A program made the position numbers and the translations under genes. A stretch of DNA of 64,000 nt from Caldisphaera sp. (lineage in GTDB: Archaea > Thermoproteota > Thermoprotei_A > Sulfolobales > Acidilobaceae), in NCBI GenBank assembly GCA_049971805.1, contig JBMFKU010000005.1, forward strand, positions 13,882-77,881. The letters are read 5' to 3'. Positions 1 through 9,383 of this stretch are shown here, piece after piece. Position 1 is the stretch's first letter; each line of letters begins with the position of its first letter. The notes under the pieces were generated by a model. It saw only the letters and a list, made by a program, of their open reading frames with translations, was not told the DNA's origin and did not search any database.

Positions 1-125
1 GTTTCACAATTGCCTTCCCCAATAAAAACATCTATTGTTACTGGGTTTACCATATAAGCTAGTGTTTCTTTTAGCTCATTTATAAACGCTTCATCAAGAT
101 CTAATTCGTAATACTTTCCTGACAT
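1..125 (-). CDS. Protein disulfide oxidoreductase (thioredoxin/glutaredoxin-like), 5' part; runs off window
   Basis: ATG at 125 after GGTG RBS; translates MSGKYYELDLDEAFINELKETLAYMVNPVTIDVFIGEGNCET, matching the N-terminus of archaeal PDOs up to the first CxxC. Confidence 0.65.
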   Translation of the reverse strand, partial: MSGKYYELDLDEAFINELKETLAYMVNPVTIDVFIGEGNCE

Positions 126-292
126 AGATCACACACCTTATTTATGTTTCCTATCTAAAGCATACAGCCAGAGATTATAAACTAGCGTTATTTAAATTCT
201 AAATATATTATTCTCTTTATTTATTCTTTACTTTTAAGTATCTTGATTTTCTCCCCCACCAAATGGTAATGCTTATTTATAAACCGATCCCT

Positions 293-490
293 CCGTTTGT
301 CCCTACACTTTCATTTCAATCATTTTTTACTCATGATCGAACATAGGGACTTAGCCCTCAACCACCTGCCAAGCTTAACAGTAGGTGGATCATGGGACTC
401 CTTCGAGCTCAACGGCGCGGGGCTCACATCTCCGCTTTTGCCCCCACCCTTTTGGGCATAGCCAACATCGGTGTGAGAGGTCATCCTTTG
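293..490 (-). mobile_element. TnpB 3'-end / omega-RNA-like remnant, family A copy 1, no transposase
   Basis: GC-rich island; spurious ORF 320..508 ends ...SHDPPTVKLGRWLRAKSL, which I recall as a Sulfolobales TnpB C-terminal tail; ends GTGTAGGGACAAACGG; homologous to 60082-60265; TATA-like TTTTTATAT at 515-523. Confidence 0.65.
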
Positions 491-544
491 CCAGTAAAAA
501 CTAAGCACATTTGAATATAAAAAGGATTTTTACTAAAGTGAAAA

Positions 545-603
545 AGGATTCAGCTCACACTAAAGAGTGAGGGTTCCCTTAGGGCGGTTCATAGGTTTGT
601 CAA
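545..603 (-). mobile_element. IS200/IS605-type terminal segment with hairpin, preceded by TTGAC
   Basis: Minus strand TTGAC-AAACCTATGAACCGCCCTAAGGGAACC-CTCAC-n8-GTGAG; degenerate copy at 5418-5464 (shared TTCATAGGTTTGT). Confidence 0.55.
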
Positions 604-820
604 ATTACATCAAATATTTTAATTTTCCATAATTTATTTTAATTTAGATTATGCGCTATATTAATAAAATTAATAGAGATTAACCCCAAAATCTTCATTT
701 TAATATTTTAATTAAGCAAATTTTATTATTTTTTCACGAGAATTAGACCTTTCCTTTTATAAGTAATTCCAACTATAAAAATTTAACAAGCTTACTCAAT
801 ATAAAAAATTGTGAATAAGT

Positions 821-1966
821 ATGCCTATAATTAAAGATAAAAAATCAAATATAATTGGAATACTAATACCATTTATGCTTTCTTCGTATGCATTATTTTC
901 AATTTCAATGGTACTTAAGAAACTTTCTAGTATATTTAATGTACCCTTATCTATAATCAGTTTAACCTTCCCTATAGACTTCATAGGTGGTGCTATTGGT
1001 GGTTTGATTTTAGGTAGATTTGCAGATAGAATAGGCAGAAGATCTATTACTATAATCTCAACAATTATGTTTTCTGTTTCAACTTTACTAGCTTCTTTTT
1101 CAAGATCTATTATTGAAATTTTCATATTATGGTTTTTTGTTGGTGTTGGAGTTAATGCAGAAAATGGAATAGCCTATGCATTAATAATTGAAACACTAGG
1201 CTCATATACTGGTTCCTTTGGAGGACTAGTACAGGGTTTATACTTTGTAGGATTTGGACTTGATGCACTAACATATAGATTTTTACCGTATTGGCGGAGT
1301 TTATTTTTAGTTGTGGGAACGATAAGCCTAATAGTTGGATTTATTTCATCATATATCATAAAGGAGACCTTGAGCGTTAGTAAAAAATTCAAAAGCGATC
1401 CAATGAAACTACTGTTCGATAAAAATTATGTTAAAAAAACTATACTTTTCTCTTTAATAGTAATTGGAGCTTTTTTGCTAAGCGTACCGCTCCTAAGCAT
1501 AGGACCATCTTTTGTTGAGAGCATTGGCCTAGGAAGTATGACTGGAATCTTATCTTTAATAGGCTTTATATCATTTTGGATTGCTGGATATTTATCTGAT
1601 AAAATAGGAAGAGCAATTACAGCCATTATATTTTCCATAATAGGATTAATAGCAGGCTCGTTACTATGTATACTTTTTAACAGAATAGAATTAACATTAG
1701 TAATATTGCTAATTTCTTTAATATTTATTGCCTCCGGTCTATTTTCTTATGACGGCATATGGGTTAGCGAAGCATATCCAACATCATTAAGAGCTACTGC
1801 TTCTAATTTTGTATTCTTGTTTGGTAGATTAATAGGAGGATTTTCCCCTGAAATAGTTGCTTTAATATCGAATGGTAACTTAGCTTACGGTATTGGTATT
1901 ATATCTGCACTTTCTTCTTTTATAATACTTATCTCATCTATGATATTTAAATTAACAATAAACTAA
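821..1966 (+). CDS. MFS transporter
   Basis: About 12 hydrophobic segments; motif A GRFADRIGRR and GYLSDKIGR; EAYPTSLRA. Confidence 0.9.
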   Translation: MPIIKDKKSNIIGILIPFMLSSYALFSISMVLKKLSSIFNVPLSIISLTFPIDFIGGAIGGLILGRFADRIGRRSITIISTIMFSVSTLLASFSRSIIEIFILWFFVGVGVNAENGIAYALIIETLGSYTGSFGGLVQGLYFVGFGLDALTYRFLPYWRSLFLVVGTISLIVGFISSYIIKETLSVSKKFKSDPMKLLFDKNYVKKTILFSLIVIGAFLLSVPLLSIGPSFVESIGLGSMTGILSLIGFISFWIAGYLSDKIGRAITAIIFSIIGLIAGSLLCILFNRIELTLVILLISLIFIASGLFSYDGIWVSEAYPTSLRATASNFVFLFGRLIGGFSPEIVALISNGNLAYGIGIISALSSFIILISSMIFKLTIN

Positions 1967-2102
1967 AGTATAGGAACGAAATATAAAAGGTGTTTTTAAT
2001 AAACTATAGTAAGAACACTTTACTTAACTAAGTAAAAAATCTATCGAAAATTTTATGTTAATTTATAAGGCCTACTCTTTGGACTTACAAGCAGTGACTT
2101 AG

Positions 2103-3434
2103 TTGAGCTCTCAGAAATCTACTGGATTTCCATGGGCAGCATTTGTTGCATTAGCTTTTGGTATGATAGTATTTGGATTAGCAGAGAGTTATGGTCCATT
2201 AGCCTCTATAACAGAAATTATACCATCTAACTTAGCATGGCTTGGATATAGCATACCATACATATTTGGAGGTATTGGAGCATTATTTGCAGGGTATTTG
2301 GCAGATAAGCTTGGAAGAAAATCTTCGTTTATGTTATCATCAGCTATTGTTTTAGTCGGCATGCTATTATACCTCCCAATCTGGATTGGAACAGTTTCAG
2401 GGATACTTAAAGTCGTAGATATAATTATATCAATGGCGCTAGTAGGTATGGCAGCAATAGGTCTAGAAAGCCCTGTTTTAGCAATGATAGCTGAAAGCGT
2501 TAGCTCCGAGCACAGAAGCAAACTATTAGTAATAACTCCAAACTTTGGTAATTTAGGAGTAGCATTAGCTTACGTTCCTTTATTAATATTCGGATTAAAT
2601 AGTGCAAGAGCATATGCAGCAAATTATGAATTAGCCCTATTATTAATGTTTATCGCCCCAGTTATAGGATTAATTTTAGCTTGGTTAAAGGCAAGCGAGA
2701 CCCTACCATGGAAGGCAGTTAAAACATCTAATAACATAGAAGAAGCATGGAAAAAAATAGATAATACATCACAAACAGTAAATCCAACTGGAGGATTAGG
2801 CTTAAGATTTGCAACATTAATATTGCTAGGTATAACACAAGATGTTGCCTTTACATATATAACTTATGGAGCACCTGGAGCGTACTTTAGCAATATAAGT
2901 TCATTGGTTCCACTACTTGGAGGATTCATAATGGTTGTTGTGGGAATAATTGCTGGATTAACTTTAAGCGCTAAAGTTGGAAGAAAATCATTCACTTTGA
3001 TGTCATTTGGTTCTTTAGCAGTTCTCTGGGGAGCATTATGGGGTATTGCTTTAGCAGTCCATATGTCTGCTTCTAGCCTCATATTAGCCATGTTTGCATT
3101 ACTTATGATTCCTGTTGAACTAACATGGGCTGCAAGAGCTTTGCTCGAACCAGAATTGTTCCCAACTCACAGAAGAGGTCTATACGTTTCAGTAGTAAGA
3201 GCTGTTGTTTGGATTTCAGCAGGCGTTATCACAGGCCTATTGATTTTATTAAGCCCTCCATTCACAATAGGAGCACTTTCAATGATGATAGTTTCAATAG
3301 TAGGAATTGTAGCTTCTCTAGCATGGTACCTCAAAGGCTTTGAAACTAAGAACAGAAACCTATTGGGGCTTGATATAAATATATCAAAACCATCTATAAT
3401 AGTACAAAGCAATCCAGATCCAAAAGATAAATAA
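2103..3434 (+). CDS. MFS transporter
   Basis: GYLADKLGRK, ELFPTHRRG, multiple TM helices. Confidence 0.9.
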   Translation: MSSQKSTGFPWAAFVALAFGMIVFGLAESYGPLASITEIIPSNLAWLGYSIPYIFGGIGALFAGYLADKLGRKSSFMLSSAIVLVGMLLYLPIWIGTVSGILKVVDIIISMALVGMAAIGLESPVLAMIAESVSSEHRSKLLVITPNFGNLGVALAYVPLLIFGLNSARAYAANYELALLLMFIAPVIGLILAWLKASETLPWKAVKTSNNIEEAWKKIDNTSQTVNPTGGLGLRFATLILLGITQDVAFTYITYGAPGAYFSNISSLVPLLGGFIMVVVGIIAGLTLSAKVGRKSFTLMSFGSLAVLWGALWGIALAVHMSASSLILAMFALLMIPVELTWAARALLEPELFPTHRRGLYVSVVRAVVWISAGVITGLLILLSPPFTIGALSMMIVSIVGIVASLAWYLKGFETKNRNLLGLDINISKPSIIVQSNPDPKDK

Positions 3435-3567
3435 TTTTTATTCTTATTTAATTTTTTATTAATTTATTTTTATAAATTTAAATTAAATTAAAATAGCTAA
3501 AAATATTATTAATCGACAATAAAGTTTAAAACTAAATTATAAACTAAGAAAGTGTAAGGAATCATCA

Positions 3568-4716
3568 ATGGATAATGAAAATAAAGAAAAAAGTATCAAA
3601 AAGATCTCGATATATAATTTAATAAACGGGATGATAAGTAACGCATATAGCCCCTTTGTTTCATTTATAGGGGCATCTATAGGCTTACCTGGTTATTTGC
3701 TAGGATTGGTAACCACTTCTGGTACATTTTTTACAAATTTATTCCAATATATTTCTTCTTTAACAAAATCTAGAGCGAAAACATTAATTCTAGCTGGTAA
3801 TTTAATTAAGGCCTTGTCATTGCTAATATTATTTTTTACAACATCTAACGGGTTTGCATATACAATATTAATTGCATTAATAATGTCTGGTTCAGGAATA
3901 AGCGGATTTGGGGTTTCCCTACTTAACGAGTATTATAGCAGAGGAAGCAGAAGTGTTATTTTATCTAGAATAGCATTTTATTCATCTTTAGGGTCTGTCT
4001 TAACAGTTATGTTAGGAGGCCTATATATGGCCACTAATGCATTGTTAGTTAAATACATATTTTTGATATCATCAATAGCTACCTTAGCCTCTACTTTTCT
4101 TATAAGTAATCTATTTTTTGCCAATGAAAAACCTAATAATTCAAGGAAAGTTTTTTTAGATAGGAATGACTTTAAGAAACTAAGAAAATTCCTAATATTT
4201 AATTTAATATATATGTTAACATGGTCATTTGCATGGCCATTGTTTCCAGTAGCTCAAATTTATATATTTCACATGACTACATTTCAAGTTGCTATAATTA
4301 ATTTAATAGCACTTTCTTCTACAATTGCAGTACAACGAGTTATAGGATTGTTTATAGCAAAGCATTTAAAACTCTCTATGTTTCTAGGAAGACTAACAAA
4401 TACATTTTTTGCCTTGGCTTACGCATTATCTCCTAATTATTATGGAATATATGCAGCACAACTTATTGCAGGTCTTACAAATTCTATAAACAATGTAGCA
4501 TATTTTTCTTATTTGGTGGATAATTCTGAGAACAAAAGAGCTGGAATAGGTACATATAGTATTATTATGGGCTTCGGAGCTTTAATAGGAGGAGAAATTG
4601 GTGGGCTAACTTATGATATCATTGAACCTAGATTCGGATATGAGTATATTAGAAAGATATTTCTTTATGTAGCAGTTGCCAGAGCATCAGCAGCTTCATT
4701 ATTTCTTTTAATTTAA
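3568..4716 (+). CDS. MFS transporter
   Basis: 382 aa, two hydrophobic 6-TM halves. Confidence 0.8.
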   Translation: MDNENKEKSIKKISIYNLINGMISNAYSPFVSFIGASIGLPGYLLGLVTTSGTFFTNLFQYISSLTKSRAKTLILAGNLIKALSLLILFFTTSNGFAYTILIALIMSGSGISGFGVSLLNEYYSRGSRSVILSRIAFYSSLGSVLTVMLGGLYMATNALLVKYIFLISSIATLASTFLISNLFFANEKPNNSRKVFLDRNDFKKLRKFLIFNLIYMLTWSFAWPLFPVAQIYIFHMTTFQVAIINLIALSSTIAVQRVIGLFIAKHLKLSMFLGRLTNTFFALAYALSPNYYGIYAAQLIAGLTNSINNVAYFSYLVDNSENKRAGIGTYSIIMGFGALIGGEIGGLTYDIIEPRFGYEYIRKIFLYVAVARASAASLFLLI

Positions 4717-4740
4717 TAAACTAACTTCTTTACATTATTT

Positions 4741-5390
4741 CTAAAATTCTTTCATAAGACATATAAAATCTAAGTTATTTCTATTCTATTAATTTCCTTT
4801 TCTTTATCATCAAATAAATGAATTACATTATTTTCAATAACAATATAGCCAGGTTCGTTTAAAGGTCTTTTATCACTTGATTCGGATAATAATCCAGCAA
4901 ATATAACGTTAAAATTCTTTAAAAAACCAAGAGCATGAGCATGACCAACAATTGTTAATTTCCTCTTTTATAAACTCTTAATGCATAAAAAGAAAGAACT
5001 AAGTTTCTGCTTATTCTTAGTCCAACTTAGCTAAAAACCTTGTAAAATCCTCATTCAAAACATTTCCAGAATGGCCGTGAAACATGATTATATTTTTTTA
5101 TAAGGTTCATAAATTTTTAAACCTTTTATCCCAAATTTTAATTCGTTATCTCCAATAACTATCTTTACATCATTCGAATAACTTCTTATTAAATTTAATA
5201 ATTCATTTAAATAAGAAATTTCATCTATAATATCTCCTAAAAGAATAACTGTTGTTCCATTCCGAGTAGATAAGGCTTCTTCAAGTAAATTAATCCTAGT
5301 ATTAGGGTAGTGTATGTCTGCTAAAATTAACATCTGCCTTGGAGTTTGGATTTCATAAGGCTTAATATTGCTTGATACCAAGTTATCCAC
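4741..5390 (-). pseudogene. Calcineurin-like metallophosphoesterase pseudogene (two frameshifts)
   Basis: ADIH, GDIID and GDNE in ORF 5088..5390; FHGH follows in a second frame after the A-run near 5095, and IVGHAH in a third frame ending at TAG 4741. Confidence 0.7.
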
Positions 5391-5417
5391 TCTCGAAATC
5401 GCAATTCTGGCTCCTCT

Positions 5418-5464
5418 TTCACATAAAGAGCGTAGTTACCTTAAGGCTATTCATAGGTTTGTGA
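5418..5464 (-). repeat. Degenerate IS200/IS605 end copy (homologous to 555-603)
   Basis: TCACATAAAGAGCGTAGTTACCTTAAGGCTATTCATAGGTTTGT aligns with TCACACTAAAGAGTGAGGGTTCCCTTAGGGCGGTTCATAGGTTTGT. Confidence 0.5.
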
Positions 5465-5742
5465 TTTATTCCTCCCATTTTCACTATTTCATTGATAGCA
5501 GGCATTAATACAAGCCTGTCTTTTTTGCTTAACAATAGACCAATAATAATTCTTCAGTCTATCACTTTATTCCTCTTGAGGTCGTTTCTTCCTTCCTCTT
5601 TCAACTGGACTTAGATATATTTTAATTATTACCCTTGAGACTTCTCTATTCTATCATCAATTTCATTTTCAATATACAGTACATTTATAAAGGTAAGTTT
5701 ACAGATACTAAACATTATCTAATATCTTGGTTTAAAAATTAG

Positions 5743-5816
5743 TGGGCCCGGCCGGATTTGAACCGGCGACCTCCGCCGTGTAAGGGCGGCGTCCTAACCA
5801 GCTAGACTACGGGCCC
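5743..5816 (-). tRNA. tRNA-Val(TAC), no intron, CCA not encoded
   Basis: GGGCCCG acceptor stem, anticodon arm CCGCC-CTTACAC-GGCGG, GTTCAAATC T-loop. Confidence 0.96.
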
Positions 5817-5964
5817 TAAAGCCCGATTTCGGATCTCGCGGAGCGGACCCATTTTTCCTTTATTAATGAAGGATTTAAATCTTGTTATGAAACATTAGTC
5901 TTCAAGAAACTTTAAGAAATGCTTTTATCTTCTAATTATTAGGAAACCAAGAGGGTAGGCTAAT

Positions 5965-7275
5965 ATGCAAGATGAAACAAGTAATATTAAATCTACAAAA
6001 GATGCATTAAAGTTGAATGATGGTGAGAATTGCAAAGTAAGAGGGTGGGTGTATAGAAAGAGAGACTTAGCAGACAATATATTTATAGTGATAAGAGACT
6101 CTGAAGGTATAATACAAACAGTTCTGCCAAGGACGAGCAATAAGCAGGAATTAATTAACAAAGCAGAAGGGTTAGGAATAGAATCTTCGATTGAAATTGA
6201 AGGAAGTATAAGAAGCGATCCAAGAGCTCCTGGAGGAAAGGAGATTCTAATTAAAAATATTTCAGTTATTGGAGAGTCTATTGATTTTCCGATCAAAGGT
6301 AATGAAAATATAGATTATCTTTTAGACATAAGACACTTATGGCTAAGATCTAGAAAATTAACTTCAATAATGAAAATTAGGGAATCTGTGTTAGAGGGCT
6401 TAAGAGAATACTACAAAAAGAACAACTGGTGGGAGGTCAATCCTCCAATATTAACACAGAGTGCTGTTGAAGGAGGATCAACCCTATTTGATGTAAACTT
6501 CTTTGGGAAAAAAGCATATCTCAGCCAGAGTGCACAGTTCTACTTAGAGGTTTTAATATTTAGTTTGGAAAAGGTTTATTCTATAACGCCTAGCTTTAGA
6601 GCAGAAAAAAGCAGAACAAGAAGGCATTTATATGAGTATTGGCATTTAGAAGGAGAAGCCGCATGGCAAAATATGAAAGACATGATGAATCATGTAGAAG
6701 GTCTTGTTAAAAGTGCAGTAAAAAAGGTTTTGGATGAAAGAACAGAAGAACTTGAACAAATAAAAAGAAAAAATGAAACATTAGAAGAGACATTAAATTC
6801 TAGATTTCCAGAAATAACATATGATGAAGCTATATTGAAGTTACAAAAGAAGGGCATAAATATTAAGTGGGGAGATGATATAGGAGCGGATGAAGAAAAA
6901 ATACTAACCGAAGATTATAATACTCCGTTTTTCCTAACAATGTTTCCTAAGCACTTAAAGAGCTTTTATATGAAAATTGATGAAAGCAGACCTGATTTTG
7001 TATTAGGCTTTGATCTTGAAGCTCCGGAGGGCTATGGAGAAGTTGTTGGAGGAAGTCAAAGAGAAGATAGCTATGAAAAACTCTATCAAAGAATAGTCGA
7101 AGAAGGATACAATCCATCTGATTATCAATGGTACTTAGACTTAAGAAAATATGGTAGTGTACCTCATAGTGGTTATGGATTAGGAATTGATAGATTAGTT
7201 ACATGGATTTCTGGTCTTGATCACATTAGGGACTCAATACCATTCCCAAGGTTTAGAGAAAGAATCTATCCATAA
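5965..7275 (+). CDS. asnS: Asparaginyl-tRNA synthetase
   Basis: OB-fold N-terminus; YLSQSAQFYLE, FRAEKSRTRRHL, APEGYGEVVGGSQRE, YGSVPHSGYGLG. Confidence 0.88.
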   Translation: MQDETSNIKSTKDALKLNDGENCKVRGWVYRKRDLADNIFIVIRDSEGIIQTVLPRTSNKQELINKAEGLGIESSIEIEGSIRSDPRAPGGKEILIKNISVIGESIDFPIKGNENIDYLLDIRHLWLRSRKLTSIMKIRESVLEGLREYYKKNNWWEVNPPILTQSAVEGGSTLFDVNFFGKKAYLSQSAQFYLEVLIFSLEKVYSITPSFRAEKSRTRRHLYEYWHLEGEAAWQNMKDMMNHVEGLVKSAVKKVLDERTEELEQIKRKNETLEETLNSRFPEITYDEAILKLQKKGINIKWGDDIGADEEKILTEDYNTPFFLTMFPKHLKSFYMKIDESRPDFVLGFDLEAPEGYGEVVGGSQREDSYEKLYQRIVEEGYNPSDYQWYLDLRKYGSVPHSGYGLGIDRLVTWISGLDHIRDSIPFPRFRERIYP

Positions 7276-7285
7276 GTGGTTATAT

Positions 7286-8005
7286 ATGACAAATAAGGCA
7301 TGCGCGTTCTTTTCTGGAGGAAAGGATAGTACATATGCTCTTCATAAAGCATATGATAATGGGCTTGAAATTTCATGTATAATAAGTATAAGACCTATGA
7401 GAAAAGATAGCTATATGTTTCATTATCCTATGGTCGAACTAACTAAGCTACAAACAGAATCTATGGGATTCAGCGATTTTCATTATATAGTTGATGTAAG
7501 CGGTGAAAAAGAAAAAGAAATGAATGAAATTTTGAATGAACTCTTAAAAATCAAAGAAAATGATGGAATTGAGTTTAATACATTAATATTAGGTGGTATA
7601 GCAAGTAAATATCAATACAATAGATTTAAAAAAATTGCAGAAAAACTAAATTCATCTATATTTGATCCTCAATGGGGAGAAGACACAGAAAAATATTTAT
7701 ATGAACTAGTTGATTATGGGATAGTATTTATTCTATCTCAAATTACAACATATGGATTATCTGAAGAGTATCTAGGAATAGCATCTGATAAAAGTTTTGT
7801 TAGTAAAATAATGAATCTTTCGAAGAGATACGGATTTCATCCAGCATTTGAAGGAGGCGAAGCAGAAACGTTTGTTGTTAAAGCTCCTCTTTTCAAAAAA
7901 GATATTTGTATTGAAGGAAGCAAGGTAAAAACTAATGAGTTTGAATATTCATTAAATGTTAAAAAAGCTGAATTATGTAACAAATTTAAGATAAAAATAC
8001 TATAA
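7286..8005 (+). CDS. dph6: Diphthine-ammonia ligase (PP-loop ATPase)
   Basis: FSGGKDS, SYMFH, HPAFEGGEAET; start taken at ATG 7286. Confidence 0.88.
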   Translation: MTNKACAFFSGGKDSTYALHKAYDNGLEISCIISIRPMRKDSYMFHYPMVELTKLQTESMGFSDFHYIVDVSGEKEKEMNEILNELLKIKENDGIEFNTLILGGIASKYQYNRFKKIAEKLNSSIFDPQWGEDTEKYLYELVDYGIVFILSQITTYGLSEEYLGIASDKSFVSKIMNLSKRYGFHPAFEGGEAETFVVKAPLFKKDICIEGSKVKTNEFEYSLNVKKAELCNKFKIKIL

Positions 8006-8791
8006 TTAAGATTTTAATAAATATATTGATTTGACTGCTGAGAAATTAATTACCTCATCCCTTTCCATATTTTTTGTTTTTGCTATAAAATCAACTAGTT
8101 CTGATATCATCAGAGGACTTAATTTAATCCCATGATAGTTATAGGGTCCGTCACTTTCCAATACCATATGTTCTTTTGGTGTATTCTTAATTATATCTAT
8201 GTGCTTTTTTTGAAGCATTAATGCCACATTTAAAGATATAGCATAATTATTCTTTGCTATATCCTCTATTAATTCTATTGGACCAGTATACCAATGAAAC
8301 ATAGCTCTTCTAACATCATTCTTTACTAGAATTTCTAGAACTTCTTTCCAAGCATTTGGAGAATGAATATTTATCATTATGTCCATTTCTTTAGATAAAT
8401 TGACAAACTTTAAAAAAATTTCTTCCTGTTTTTTAAATGTTTCTTGCTTCATAAATCTTTTATCTATACCAACTTCTCCTATGCAATTCAAATCATGCCT
8501 TTCTATAAACTTTATTATCTCATCTGATTGATCAATTAGCATTTTATCTAAAATCCAAGGATGAAACCCTCCACAAGGAATCACATAACCTTTATATACA
8601 TCTGCCAATTCCATAATTTTTCTTAAACTTTCCAATTCTTCTGATACAGCAACTACCTTTATCTTGTTTTCAAATATCTTGCTTAAATCAGAGTTACTAA
8701 ATTCATTTAAATGGCAATGCATATCATATAAATATTTATTTATTTCATTTTCCTTTTTTAAAATAACTTTTTCACTTAGCATTAACTTCAC
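8006..8791 (-). CDS. tatD: TatD family nuclease
   Basis: DMHCH, GFHPW, IGEVGID, HWYTG, ESDGPY. Confidence 0.9.
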   Translation of the reverse strand: MKLMLSEKVILKKENEINKYLYDMHCHLNEFSNSDLSKIFENKIKVVAVSEELESLRKIMELADVYKGYVIPCGGFHPWILDKMLIDQSDEIIKFIERHDLNCIGEVGIDKRFMKQETFKKQEEIFLKFVNLSKEMDIMINIHSPNAWKEVLEILVKNDVRRAMFHWYTGPIELIEDIAKNNYAISLNVALMLQKKHIDIIKNTPKEHMVLESDGPYNYHGIKLSPLMISELVDFIAKTKNMERDEVINFSAVKSIYLLKS

Positions 8792-9250
8792 CTAATCAAA
8801 AGCTATTGTTTCAAAGTATACTTGGTTTTTTTCAATGGCATTTTTTATTGATCCTTCTTTATTTGTTAGCTTTGATTTCCCACTCTTAATTTCTATAAAA
8901 TAAATTGATTTTACTTCACCATCAGAAAGTCCATCAAACACTATATAATCTATAGGTGAGCCAATAAATCTTGCATCCTTCGGATTATAATGAAAATTGG
9001 GAAAATAAGGAGCAAATTGTTCATAGACCTTTCCTGTTATAACAGACTTACTTTGCTGAACAGCATCTCTTCTTGCTTTTTCTATTGATTCCATTGAAAT
9101 AACCTTTGCTTTTTCATTAGCTAGCATTTCAATACTGCTTTTCATGTTGTCCAGCTTAACCCTTTGCCTCCAATTTGATATATAAAGATATATTATCAAT
9201 GCTAATTCAAGCAATGAAATAAATCCCAACAAATATATCAATAAATTCAA
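8792..9250 (-). CDS. Holliday-junction-resolvase-like PD-(D/E)xK nuclease with N-terminal TM helix
   Basis: GKVYEQFAPY, ARFIGSPIDYIVFDG, FIEIKSG; hydrophobic aa 1-25. Confidence 0.8.
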   Translation of the reverse strand: MNLLIYLLGFISLLELALIIYLYISNWRQRVKLDNMKSSIEMLANEKAKVISMESIEKARRDAVQQSKSVITGKVYEQFAPYFPNFHYNPKDARFIGSPIDYIVFDGLSDGEVKSIYFIEIKSGKSKLTNKEGSIKNAIEKNQVYFETIAFD

Positions 9251-9383
9251 ACCTACCCCCGCTATTAATAAATATGAATAAAAGAAAATATTTATTTATT
9301 TTTTGTCATTTTGAAATTCCTTGGCCATAGTGAGCTAAAAACATTAAAAAGGCTATCTGCTAAAATAAAAAAAGGCTTTAGCT

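Noticed and set aside
320-508. 62-aa ORF as a real protein
   Set aside because: It reads through the RNA-like TnpB tail remnant; the homologous copy at 60082 has stops
796-3412. Minus-strand ORFs over the MFS genes (and similar shadow ORFs throughout the window)
   Set aside because: Antisense shadows of well-supported genes with no motifs
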